Shown here: positions 12,112 to 23,599 of the stretch, in pieces | Numbering within the stretch: position 1 is the first letter of the stretch | How the letters are laid out: the number at the start of each line of letters is the position of its first letter | NCBI RefSeq assembly: GCF_001194135.2 | Contig: NC_068989.1 | Location: 88,587,267-88,651,266, forward strand | Reading direction: 5' to 3' | Length of the DNA: 64,000 bases | From: Octopus bimaculoides | Taxonomy: Eukaryota | Notes under the pieces: generated by a model | Seen by the model: the letters and a program-made list of their open reading frames with translations, nothing else | The model's database searches: none | Told to the model about the DNA's origin: nothing | Made by a program: the position numbers and the translations under genes

Positions 12112-12505
12112 AGCTTTCTAATAGATGTATCAATACCAGCAGATGACAACGTTTCCCTAAAAGAAATGGAGAAACTTTCAAAATACAAAGACCTGGAAAT
12201 AGAGATAACTCGAATGTGGAATCTAAAAACAGAAACAATTCCTATCGTAGTAGGTGCCTTAGGTATAATAAAAAAATATTCAGACAAATACATAACAAAA
12301 ACACCAGGACTTATAAATATATATAACATGCAGAAAAGTGCACTACTGGGCACTGCACACATCCTATGCAAAACACTTTCAATACAGTAACCATAAGAGC
12401 ACCACAGCAAACCACTGCACATACCCAAGGCACACAGAGCTGCGCTCGGTAGTGAAGTGAAAGCACGTTATAAAAATAAAACTACTGAACAACAATAATA
12501 ATAAT
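12112..12505 (+). mobile_element. 5'-truncated R4/Dong-like RLE non-LTR retrotransposon (ORF end plus 3' UTR) in (TAA)n
   Basis: LIDVSIP.D.NVSLKE.EKLSKYKDLEIEI.RMW...IPIVVGALG...QKSALLGTAHIL is an RLE C-terminal domain. AAT repeats lie at both ends. Confidence 0.78.
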
Positions 12506-13214
12506 GAGGAGGAGTGTTGAGTCAAATTTTTTACCTTTGGGAAGAGGTGGTCCATATTAGTCTAGTATGGGAGGCCCTAGCAGGGGTTTATACTCTAGCC
12601 TATCTTTCAGGGTCATTGAGGCATGTAAGCCACCACAGCACATCAAGAACTGAACTTTGTGGTGGTTTCATCCTTTTGGAATCAATAAAAAAGGATCAAT
12701 CCAGGGAAGTGGATTTGTAGAACTGTAAGAATGCTTGTGATATATAATCTAGCTCTTTAGATTCTGAGTTCAAATCCTATCGTGACCTATTTGGGTGCCC
12801 TTGATGGACTTCACACTATGGCAAGCTTTTGGGCCAGCTCTCTATAACAATACCAGTAATTACATATAGATACAAACACACTCTACAATACCTTACCATC
12901 ATTTATCTTACAGGTGTTCAAACATTCGATTCTACAGAGTGGCAACTAGGGATAGAGTCATTTTCTATAACCTTGGGTCAACACAGGCCTCTGAGTGCAA
13001 CCAAGTAGATGGAAACTATGCAGAAGCCCAGAGAATGGATTGTCCATGTAATTAAATGGTCCAGCCTTGTTAAACTGTCTCATGCTCATTCCACTTCAGG
13101 ATTACATTAAAATCACATATATGTGTGTATGTGGAATATTCAGCTACTTAACACACTCCTTCAGTGAACTTGATCAAACAAGTGATAACTATTGAGGATA
13201 AATTGTTAGCGCTG

Positions 13215-13497
13215 CCTTGACTGGCTTCCATGCCAGTGGCATGTAAAAAGCACCAACTGATCGTGGCCATTGCCAGCCTCCTCTGGCCCCTGTGCCGGTG
13301 GCATGTAAAAAGCACCACTACACTTACGGAGTGGTTGGCGTTAGGAAGGGCATCCAGCTGTAGAAACACTGCCAGATCAGACTGGAGCCTGGTGCAGCCT
13401 CCTGGCTTCCCAGACCCCAGTTGAACCATCCAACCCATGCCAGTATGGAAAGTGGACGTTAAATGATGATGATGATGATGAGGATAATGATGATGAT
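13215..13497 (+). mobile_element. RTE 3' end with two subunits; tail abuts the INPP1 exon 1 donor
   Basis: Core motif plus CCATGCCAGTATGG and (GAT)n. Confidence 0.85.
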
Positions 13498-13502
13498 CCT
13501 AC

Positions 13503-13712
13503 CTTTTGATCCAGATCATAGCGAACAGTCTCCTGAATCAAGACATCTGCCAGTGTTTTGAAGTCTTGAACAAATCTTACATTTTTCTGGTTACCAGTTT
13601 TTTCTTCGACCAATAAATGTAGCAGGGCATCTTCGGAACGGATAATCATGGCAATGTTTGATCCTTTCTTGGCTGCACGTATCATTGCAAGCGTTAACTC
13701 TGATATCTTCAT
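13503..13712 (-). CDS. INPP1: Inositol polyphosphate 1-phosphatase, coding exon 1 (MKISELT...DFKTLADVLIQETVRYDLDQK)
   Basis: ATG at 13712, preceded by a pyrimidine tract and AG at 13716-13715 (implies an upstream non-coding exon). The DFKTLADVLIQE motif is typical of INPP1. Donor AAG|GTAGGA at 13502; 210 nt, phase 0. Confidence 0.93.
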
Positions 13713-14587
13713 TTCTTTAATAAAAAGAAAAGGAGTAAAAAAAGAAAAACAGAGAAGAAAAATTAGTCCTAAAAAGATTATGTTTGCAAAAAAGAAAGAA
13801 AAAAAAGAGGACAGGATGATGGCAGAACAACATTGATGAAAGATGTATTGAACTTAAGTCAAACCACCATTACCACGCACCATCAAGGTCTGTGAACCGT
13901 GCCATTCTGCTTTGGGACATAATGTCAACATTAAAAAAAAAGAAAGAATAATAAAAGAGTAAAAAGAAAACAAGCAAAGAGCATTGTGATCAATCATAAT
14001 TTCAGAATCTTAAAAAACCAGACAATAACTTCTCGGAGTCATAAGGGAGCCTCTATGTGGTTGCTTAACTTAAGAGAAATAGCAGCCAAATCTCTCTCAA
14101 AGCAGACATATCCTACAACCTTAAAGAAAAGGTGAGATACATTGGATAAAGGTGTCCTAGGTACATTATTAATGACATGAAAGAAATGACCACAACTGGA
14201 ACATCTTTGATCATAGGTCTATTCTATTCATACTGACCAGCAGCTAAACAAATTCTTTGAATGAAGACTAGTTTTTGGAAGTTGTTCAAACCAGGAGGAA
14301 CCATTATTAAAAATATTTTCTTTGTGTTTTATTTCTTGTTTATTAGAGCATACAATCCATTATTTAAAATATCTTCTGTTGAAGAATGGCATTTTTTTAA
14401 ACATAGAATTGCCAAAATTTACTTAGAACAGCATAAGTAGTAGAGTGACAGACAAAAATATCTTGTGGTATTTAGCTGCATATCTTTATCAGGGGTAGAT
14501 TAATATCCATAGATATACTAAGCACTTAAACGCATTTGGTACCCCCATATATACGTAATGCAAAATATAAACAATAATAAGTGGTAT

Positions 14588-14890
14588 TTAAAAAGCACCA
14601 TTCGAGTGTGGGTCATAGCCAATGCCGCCTAACTGGCTCCTGTGCCAATGGTACATAAAAAGCACCATTCAAGTATGGTCGATGCCAGTACCGCCTGACT
14701 GGCCCTTGTGCTGGTGGCATGTAAAAAGTACCCACTATACTCTCGGAGTGGTTGGCATTAGGAAAGGCATCCAGCTGTAGAAACCTTGCCAGATCAGATT
14801 GAAGCCTGGTGCAACCTCCTGGTTTGCCAGTCCTCAGTCAAACTGTCCAACCCATGCCAGCATGGAAAGTGGATGTTACATGACGATGAC
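14588..14890 (+). mobile_element. RTE 3' end with about three tandem subunits
   Basis: TAAAAAG(C/T)ACC repeated about every 65-70 nt, then the core and tail. Confidence 0.82.
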
Positions 14891-14940
14891 GACGAATAAA
14901 CAATAAAATAAATTTTTATTTTTCAAAATGAAACAAAACA

Positions 14941-15318
14941 GGAGTGGTTGTGTGGCAAGAAGCTTGCTTCCCAACCACAGTTCCAAGTTCAGTCCCACTG
15001 TGTGGCACCTTGGGCAAGTGTCTTCTACTATAGTCTCAGGCCGACCAAAGCCTTCTGAGTGGATTTGGTAGATGGAAACTGAAAGAAGCCCGTCATATAT
15101 ATATATGTGTGTGTGTGTGCATGTATATTTGTGTGTGTGTGTGTGTGTTTGTTCCCCACCATCACTTGACAACCGGTGTTGGTGTGTTTATGTCCCCATA
15201 ACTTAGCAGTTCAGCAAAAGAGACCAATAGAATAAGTACTGGGGGTGATTTGCTCGATTAAAGGCGGTGCCCCAGCATGGCCACAGTCAAATGACTGAAA
15301 CAGGTAAAAGAATAAACC
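14941..15318 (+). mobile_element. SINE family 1
   Basis: Full head-microsatellite-tail structure. Confidence 0.85.
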
Positions 15319-15699
15319 TGACAGTAAGATGGAAAATAATGTTTCTTTTTGTATATTTCCACTTTATTATTTATATTTGAAAAGTCTTCTCCGACTTCTT
15401 TTAATTGCTAAGTCTTTGATCAGATCCATGAACTTTGAAATTATATTTCCAATTATATAAACCACTTTGAATATTATTTTACCAAGTTTAAAGTGATTTC
15501 TTTTGTACCATAAACTATTTACCATTTTTGTGGTGCCCCTCCACTTCCCCTGATGTCCTAAGCATGTGCCCATTTTGCTTAATGGTTAATCCAGTGTTGA
15601 TCTTTATGTTCTGACTTTCAATACCCTTGGGTGTTACTTTGCTTTCGCACTTCCAATTTTGATACAGTAAGTACCAGGCAAGTACTAGGTTTGACCTCA

Positions 15700-15905
15700 T
15701 CATCATCATCATTCAACATCCACTTTTCCATGCTGGCATGGGTTAGAAGGAATTTGTTGGGGCAGATTTTTTGTAGCGGGATGCCCTTCCTGTCACCAAC
15801 CCTCACCTATTTCTAGGTAAGGTGACATTTCCTCATAGCCAGACTTGTTTTTCACAAAAACTGGAAACAGACAGAATCACATGTATGAAGTGATAGTTAT
15901 TTACA
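15700..15905 (-). mobile_element. RTE-tailed SINE-like family 2b
   Basis: Shares the GGATGCCCTTCCTG..ACCAACC core and the CCATGCTGGCATGG/(CAT)n end with the RTE. Related copies at about 32260, 35090, 53320 and 53600. Confidence 0.6.
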
Positions 15906-16147
15906 ACCATACACACACACACACATCTGTGGTTTGGGCCTAGATACACAGTGACTGAATAAAATATGGGCGGGGATGCTCATGTCTGAAATGTCATTAA
16001 CTAGGACTGCTGGACTACAATGTGCATTGTAACTGTGTCACATTGCACACAGTACTGCATTTAAGTTTTATTTTCCCTGGGAAAATCACAACACCCCTAA
16101 AACCCCAGTATTTCCCCCAGTTCCCTCTTGATATCCCCCTACCCAGC

Positions 16148-16695
16148 AACCATCATCATCATCATTGTCGTCGTTTAATGTCCACTTTCCATGGGTTGGA
16201 CGGTTTGACTGAGGACTGACAAGCCAGAAGGCTGTACCAGGTTCCAATCTGATCTGGCAAAGTTTCTACAGGTGGATGCCCTTCCTAACACCAACTACTC
16301 TGAGAGTGTAGTGGGTGCTTTTTACATGCCAGTCAGGCAGTACTGGCATCGGCCACGACAATGACTTCACTTGACTCAACAGGTCTTCACAAGCACAGTT
16401 TATTGTCCAATGATTGAAGGGTACTCTTAAATGGGCCGGTTATGCTGCACTGACATAGGCCACAGTTATGGTCTCACTTGGCTTGCCGGGTCTTCTCAAG
16501 CACAGCATATCTCCAAATGTCTTGGTCACTTGTCATTGGCCTCCGTGAAGCCCAACGTTTGAAGGTTGTGCTTCACCACCTCATCCCAGGTTTCCCTGGG
16601 TCTACCTCTCCCACAGGTTCCCTCTACTGCTAGGGTATGACACTTTTTCACACAGCTGTTCTCATCCATATGCAACACATGACCATACCAGCACA
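16148..16695 (-). mobile_element. RTE LINE: ORF C-terminus plus 3' UTR
   Basis: Minus translation LCWYGHVLHMDENSCVKKCHTLAVEGTCGRGRPRETWDEVVK...DIWRYAVLEKTRQAK* runs directly into the repeat core. This proves the core is a LINE 3' UTR. Confidence 0.88.
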
Positions 16696-16821
16696 ATAAG
16701 GGGCTACAGCTCTTACACCTTTGTTTACCTGAAACCTTGGAATAGAGAGAAAGAAAAAAGGGTAGGGTACAGATTGAGATAACAAACTACTGCACACAAA
16801 TTAAATTCTGTCACATCTTTT

Positions 16822-17345
16822 CTCTTTTATTCATTTCAGTCACTGGGCTGTGGCCATGCTGGGACATCACCTTCAAAGGTTTAGTTGAACAATTTGACCT
16901 CACTATTTACTCTTTTAAGTTTGGTACTTATTCTATCAGTCTCTATTCTGAAACCACTAAGTTACAAGGATATAAACAAACCAACATACACACACATATC
17001 ATCATCATCGTTTAACGTCTGCTTTAGATGCTAGCATGGGTTGGATGATTTGACTGAGGACTGGTGAAACTAGATGGCTACACCAGGCTCCAATCTGATC
17101 TGGCAGAGTTTCTACAGCTGGATGTCCTTCCTAACGCCAACCACTCCGAGAGTGTAGTGGGTGCTTTTACGTGCCACCGGCACGAAGGCCAGTCAGGAGG
17201 TATATATATTTATATGTACATATGTGTGTGTGCGTGTATGTGTACAACAGGATTCTAGAGTTTCCATCAATCAAATTCCCTTGCAAGGCATTGGTTGGTC
17301 CAGGTCATCAGTAGAAGGTATTTGGCCAAGGTGTTGTGCAGTGGG
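16822..17345 (-). mobile_element. SINE family 1 with a young RTE 3' end (16997-17200) nested in its internal microsatellite
   Basis: SINE tail 16822-16990 and head 17230-17345 flank the RTE segment. Confidence 0.75.
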
Positions 17346-18744
17346 GTTTTTTTAAAAAAGGTGTTTGCAAAATGCGTTTCAGTGAAAAGACGTACTGAGC
17401 GAGAAAAGGTCGAGACCCATCAACTTAGAGATGCTTTTGGTGTCTGCTGGATTACTTCTGGCTCCCTGACATATTTTAGCATTAGAGGGTCGGAGTGGCA
17501 AAGGTGGGAGAAAAACAATCCAGTTCTGAGGAATATTTTCTAGGGAATAAATATAACCCCTTGTCTACTTATGAATTAACTGTTTTATCTGGTGATTGTA
17601 CCACGTAAAAAGCACCCAGTACACTCTGAAAAAAGATTGGCATTAGGAAGGGCTTGCAGTTGTAGAAACCATGCCAAAATGGACAATGGAAGCCAGTGTT
17701 GTTCCTGGCCTTGCCAACTCCTGTCAAACCATCCAACCCATGCCAGCATGGAAAATGGTTGTATGATGATGATGATGATGATGATTTTAATGGAAAGTGA
17801 TATCTTTGTTCTTTTTAATCCCTTCCTTCCCCATGGAGCATAGACCATCGACATTGTTCTACTGTTCTCAACTCAGGGCCATCTTTATGAATAGCATAAA
17901 AATTTCACAGAAATAAATTTCGATGTTTGTCAAGCAACCCATGGTGCTCATGTTGAGTGCATACGACCTTAAAATAAACTTTAAACCTTCCCCTATCAAG
18001 AAATATGGAGAATGTGTTTGTGTCTCTTACTGTTTGTTTTAAAAATAAATTTAAAATCTGCTCTTTCTTTTTGAATAACCCTGTATATCCTTTACGGGTA
18101 GCGTTTTTGAATATTTTATTATGCTGGCTACAGCCTGAAGATACCAATTATCAATACCAGTTTTTTGGGTTACACTGAGCTGTGCCGATATAATGTAGGA
18201 TAAATATAGTAATAATAATAATAATAATAATCCATGAATGGAATCTATAAATATTTTAATGCATCACTACACGTTTCCACAAATTCAGTGTTTCTTACGA
18301 TGATAGTCTGTATTTCCCGGGATGATTACTGTACAGTCCTTAGTATCCATGGACACCAGATGGATGTCTTGTCTTGGCATCATGTGATGGCTGTAAATGA
18401 ACATCACCATCTAGTTTTGGGAAATATAATGTTTCTTAGAAGCAGGTGAAGAGTACCAGGCTGCAGAAAATAGGACAATAGGAAGAATACCAGGCTGCAG
18501 AAAATTGCTCAATAAATTCCATTTGACCCATGCAAGTATGGAAAAGTGAGCGTTAAATGATGATGATGAATAAATTCTTTCTCTAAAACAATTTTTGTTT
18601 CATTTAATGTCTTAAATAGCAGAATTGTTTGTTAAAATATATGTATGGGTTCGGGATTTTTGAAAAAAATCATACAAAGGTTTTGTAACTATTTTGGAAG
18701 CCACCAACCTAAAAGACCATGATGGTAGAGTAGAGTGTTTCTAA

Positions 18745-18958
18745 GGCGGAAAGCTGACAGAAACGTTAGCACGGTGGGTGAAATGCTTAGCGGTATTTCG
18801 TCTGTCTTTATGTTCTGATTTCAAATTCCGCCGAGGTTGACTTTGTCTTTCATCCTTTCAGGGTTGATAAATTAAGTACCAGTTGCGTACTGGGATCGAT
18901 CTAATTGACTGGTTCCCTCCCCCAAAATTTCAGGCCTTGTGCCTAGAGTAGAAAAGAA
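18745..18958 (+). mobile_element. SINE family 4
   Basis: A/B boxes and CCCCCAAAATTTCAGGCC tail. Confidence 0.85.
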
Positions 18959-19077
18959 AACAAAAAAGAGTAGAGTGTTTCTGTTATTGACACACATGCA
19001 GTCTTAACCAAGGCGTTTTTTTTTAATTCTGACCTAGTGCATCTCAAACTACATCATCTAATGTTGCCTTTTTAAAG

Positions 19078-19255
19078 ATATCATCATCATCATCATTGTT
19101 TAACGTCCGCCTTCCATGCTAGCATGGGTTGGACGATTTGACTGAGGACTGGCGAACCAGATGGCTACACCAGGCTCCAATCCGATCTGGCAATGTTTCT
19201 ACAGCTGGATGCCCTTCCTAACGCCAACCACTCCGAGTGTAGTGGGTGCTTTAGG
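19078..19255 (-). mobile_element. RTE 3' end, young
   Basis: CCATGCTAGCATGG subfamily. Confidence 0.85.
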
Positions 19256-19394
19256 ATGTAATTTGAGGAAGATTTAACTGCTATATCTAGTAGGTTGGGT
19301 GACCACATAAAGACCTCATGTACTAAACTGAGGAACAACTATTTTCTAACCAGTGCTGATCAAAAGTATTTCAGCACGATAAAACCATCTTTAA

Positions 19395-19615
19395 CACTTT
19401 GGCATTCACATTACTCTGCCAAATGTAACACTTATTGATTCACATTGTTTTGAATTAATCAAGTATTATTTTGTAGCTTTGAGATTTTGATGATGTGATT
19501 GTGTATTTTTAGCATGATGTTGTAGGATAGGTGTAAGAAGCCAAATCTGGTTTGTTTGAACAAAAACCAGGAAGAATATTTAGGCCAGATATGGTTGGTT
19601 TAACTGCCAAAAGGA
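19395..19615. mobile_element. Probable piggyBac-type MITE
   Basis: TTAA on both sides (19391-19394, 19616-19619); imperfect TIRs CACTTTGGCA / TGCCAAAAGGA. Confidence 0.5.
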
Positions 19616-20249
19616 TTAATTCAGACATGGGGTAGCTAGGACTACATTACTGAATATATCATTCCTTTTTAAAGGAATACTAGATGGTGTGTATAGCTGT
19701 TTGTAAGTGTTGTAATAAACAGTAATGGTTCTAAGGCTGTACCTTGCAGCAGTCCCCTATAGATTTCTTCCTTACTTTGTTATGAGTTTATGCTTGGTTT
19801 AAACAGCCAGGGCTTGGTACCTTTAATCTTTAATCAATGTTGTATTATCTTTATCTTGGATTGATGTGCAGTTCACAGAGCAACCATGTTACCATGAACA
19901 GGTGACACTTGTGGATAATTAAATAAGATAAACCAAGTGCGAATTCTTGTAGACTTAAACTGTCAGTTTGGTTCACACCATCATTCTTCCCTGGTTACCT
20001 TTAGCAGAGTTTACTCTCTTTTAAAGAATTCAGGCAACATTTCCTGTTCCTTGATAACTTATATTCAACATCAACTCCAATTTCTTTCACTTCTCAGCTG
20101 TTTACTCTCACTAATTGTCAATACCCAAGACCATGTTGTTGGGAAGCAAGTTTTTTAACCCCACACAGCCATGACTGCATTGTTTTTAAATATTCAAACC
20201 TTAGTTATTTTAAAGGACATTTGAGTATAGCAAATGCATCAACCCCAGT

Positions 20250-20625
20250 GCTTATTATTTTTTAAGTGTGATACTTATTCTATCAGTCTCTTTTGCTGAA
20301 CTGTTAAGTTACGGGGACATAAACAAACCAACACCAATTGTCAAGCAGACACACACACACACACATACACATATATACATCATCATCGTTTAACGTCCGC
20401 TTTCCATGCTAGCATGGGTTGGACGGTTTGACTGAGGACTGGTGAAACCGGATGGCTAGGCATCTTTCAGTTTCCATCAACCAAATCTACTCACAAGGCT
20501 TTGGTGTTTGGTTGTCCTGAAGCTATAGTAGAAGACACTTGCCCAAAGTGCCATGCAGTGGGACTGAACCCAGAACTATGTGGTTGGGAAGCAAACTTCT
20601 TGCTACACAGCCATGCCTGCACCTA
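20250..20625 (-). mobile_element. SINE family 1 with a short young RTE tail (20378-20460) nested in its microsatellite
   Basis: SINE halves flank the RTE piece. Confidence 0.75.
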
Positions 20626-21079
20626 TGGATGGGAGTAGCTGAAAAGAAGAAGAGATAATAGTGATAGGGTGCCTGAGCAAACCCTAAAGTGACAAACAGG
20701 TGAGCATAGGAGAGGGTGGGGACAGGGGTAGTTTCAAAAGAGTGTGGGGGGAGAGCGACATGGTTGGAGATGGAAGTAGAGAAGAATGTATTAAGCGATG
20801 AACAAAGGTGGAGGAGGTGTAGCTGATAGTGTAGGAGTGGTGAGGAGGGTGATGTAAAGGTACATAAGGGTAGTTATAAAGAGTGAGGTGAGATGGTAGA
20901 TATGAGAGGGGTCAAGAATGATAGCAGATAAGACGAAAACATGGCAGAGAAGAGGGAGAGATAACTGAAGGTATAGAAAGGTGATTGATGAAAATAGGGT
21001 GGGAACGAATGATGATAAGAATAAGGGGTGGAAGAGTTAGAGGAGGGTGGCAAGGGGGTAACTGGTAGCACAAACAGAG

Positions 21080-22560
21080 AATGAATGAGGGCAATGTAAT
21101 ATGTGCTGGTTCTACTCTCAAGTGATTGGAGCTGAGTAATGCTGTAGTCTTTGCATGTCCACTGCATTTGGGGTCAGCATCTCACTGCCAAGGAGCATTG
21201 CTGTTCATACACAAGTATCATACAATCTGCCTTTTACTCTGAGCGAGAGATATTTTGCAGCCAACAGCAGTTGTATCTCTCTGTACTTTCTCTATCTTAT
21301 CTTTATTCTGGTAACTATACTTTCAGAACATCCTCCTCCACTGTTAGTTAGGTCATCTAGGTAACAGAAACTGTCTATGACCTCTAGGCGGCCTCAAGTG
21401 CAATTGAGAAAATCTATTTCCTGTGTGTCGTTAGTGCTTAGTGTTCCTGTACATCTTCCACAAACAAACACTACTTTCTCTGTTAACTTTCTTGTTATCT
21501 CACTGCACTTTTTGTGCATCCATTGCTTACACTGGGTACACCATATGGTATTTCTGCCTATACCTTTCCTGTATTGAGCTAGGCTATTTACCAGAAGTAG
21601 AGTTCTGTCTGTTTTCTTGCTTACTAGAACTCTGGCCTTAGCTAAGGCAACTTTAAGACCCTTTCATTCTAGTTTTGCTTCCACACCTGGAATATCCTTT
21701 CTAATTCTATTACAGATTTTGTTTTGAGAATGAGATAACCAGCATATGGTGGTTCTCAAGGGCAGCCACTCTTACATTCCTCTGTTACAGCTTTGGAGGA
21801 CAGTGATGAATAGACTGTCACTAGGGACTGAGAAATGATCCCTAGTGAACTCCTACATGTACCTTAAATTAGTCGTACTCATGGCTCAGTGGTTAGAGCA
21901 TCGAGCTTACGCTCGTGAGGTTGTGAGTTCGATTCCCGGACCAGGCTGTGTGTTGTGTTCTTGAGCAAGACAATTTCATGTTGCTCCAGTTAACTCAGCT
22001 GTAGAAATGAGTTGCGACATCACTGGTGCCAAGCTGTATCGGCCCCTTTGCCTTTCCCTTGGATAACACCAGTGGTGTGGAGAGGGGAGGCTGCTATGCG
22101 TGGGCAACAGCTAGTCTTCTATAAACAACCTTGCCCAGACTTGTGCCTCGGAGGGTAACTTTCTAGGTGCAATCCCATGGGGTCTCCTCACTCACAGTCA
22201 ACTTTCACCTTACTGTCAACACCCCTGTACATAGTTTGTATGGTTTTCACAAGTCATTCTTCCATCCCCTGCTTTCACAGAAACTGCCACATCACAGAGT
22301 TCTGAGACTGTTGAAGGCTTTTTCCAGACCAATGAACGCCAAGTACAAAGGTTTGCTTTTAGCTAAATACTTCTCCTGCACAAAACCAAACTGCATCACA
22401 TCTAGTCTACTGCTGTTCTTAATTAATTGGGCTATAACTCTCTTTGTAACTTTCCTGATGTGGTCCATCAATTTGATTCCTTTATCATTAAAGCTATGTG
22501 GACATGGAACATATCTACTGTTAGAGTAGAGAAAACTTAAGAAATCTAAAAATGGCTTCT
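21080..22560 (-). mobile_element. Decayed RTE reverse transcriptase region, interrupted by a SINE at 21872-22185
   Basis: MQFGF...QEKYLAK.KPLYLAF..LEKAF, then KVKVD [SINE] FKVHVGVH.GS.LSP, a Cys/His finger and DSFCYL.DL.NSGGGCSES. Frameshifts and stops are present. Confidence 0.82.
21872..22185 (+). mobile_element. SINE family 3 (tRNA head, CORE-like TTGAGCAAGACA)
   Basis: A box TGGCTCAGTGG, B box GAGTTCGATTCCC; splits RTE RT motifs that are otherwise contiguous. Confidence 0.8.
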
Positions 22561-23599
22561 GGGTGGGAATATTTAGTCTTTGGTTGGTCAATTCAGATTA
22601 CATGAGTGCTGCAGTTAGTGACAATACTTTTTTTCATTAAGTTCCTTGTGGTAGTCAGACAGGATACTGGCATCAGTAAGTTGACATTTTGAAGATGTGA
22701 TATTTCAGTGACAACAGTTATGTGAAGAAGTTATATATTAAATTGTGTGACAAGTCATTGTAGGTCATAGTTATAATGGGCAGAATAGGCAATAATTTTA
22801 TTATGGATGGCAGGGATTGTATCATCTTGCAACTATGTGTGAGTTAGTTAGGCCTAGGGTGGTATTTCTGAGTTATCAGTGGCTCATGGCTTGAAGTTCA
22901 ATAATGGAGTGTATTTCTGGTGACAATAGGATATGTTGCTTTTCAAACTGATGGATACAGTGAGCTGCTGGAGTATATATAGTTTCTCATGGAAGCAGTG
23001 TTGGCAAATACAAAATCCATGTGAATAAGGAGAGGCCCTGTCAAGGATGCTCTATATGATGTTGGGGAAGTCGTTTCTTTGATCCTAGAATCTCCAGAAG
23101 AAGTGGACAGGGAGGTGAAGTTTTCTCCTTTCCCTACAACTGAAGGAGTGCATGTGATGCATAAATCTTCCCTTGAAAACATTGACTGTTATACTCATGT
23201 AATGACTTGTGATGCCATTGGATAACATGAGGGTTGCTCTATATGTCATGCCCTCTGAGGGGCACTTCTCAGTGTGCAGTAAATGAAATTTTAGGTAGTT
23301 TCAGATTGGAGTGTGGGGTGAAATGTTATAAGTGATATTATCTAAGCATATATGGCTAACTTTGACGTTATGGTAATTAGAGTTTGATATTTCTGGTTTC
23401 TTGAGATATGTAGTCGAATAGCTCCAAGTTACATTAATGGAAACATCTAGATTGAATGGAGGTTAAGCTACCTCCAGACAGTAACTCATTATAATGGGGT
23501 GTGGCCGTTTCGAAGATCTCTCTACCTAAGATTGAAAAATCAACTGTTAGGCTCTGTGACTAAATTTCTAATTACAGTTGGGTAGTGGCTGAAGTTATG

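Noticed and set aside
14588-14760. CRISPR-like or pistol/twister ribozyme reading of the tandem RTE UTR subunits
   Set aside because: Eukaryotic LINE UTR context, no unique spacers or cas genes, and the conserved pistol/twister core nucleotides and extra helices are missing.
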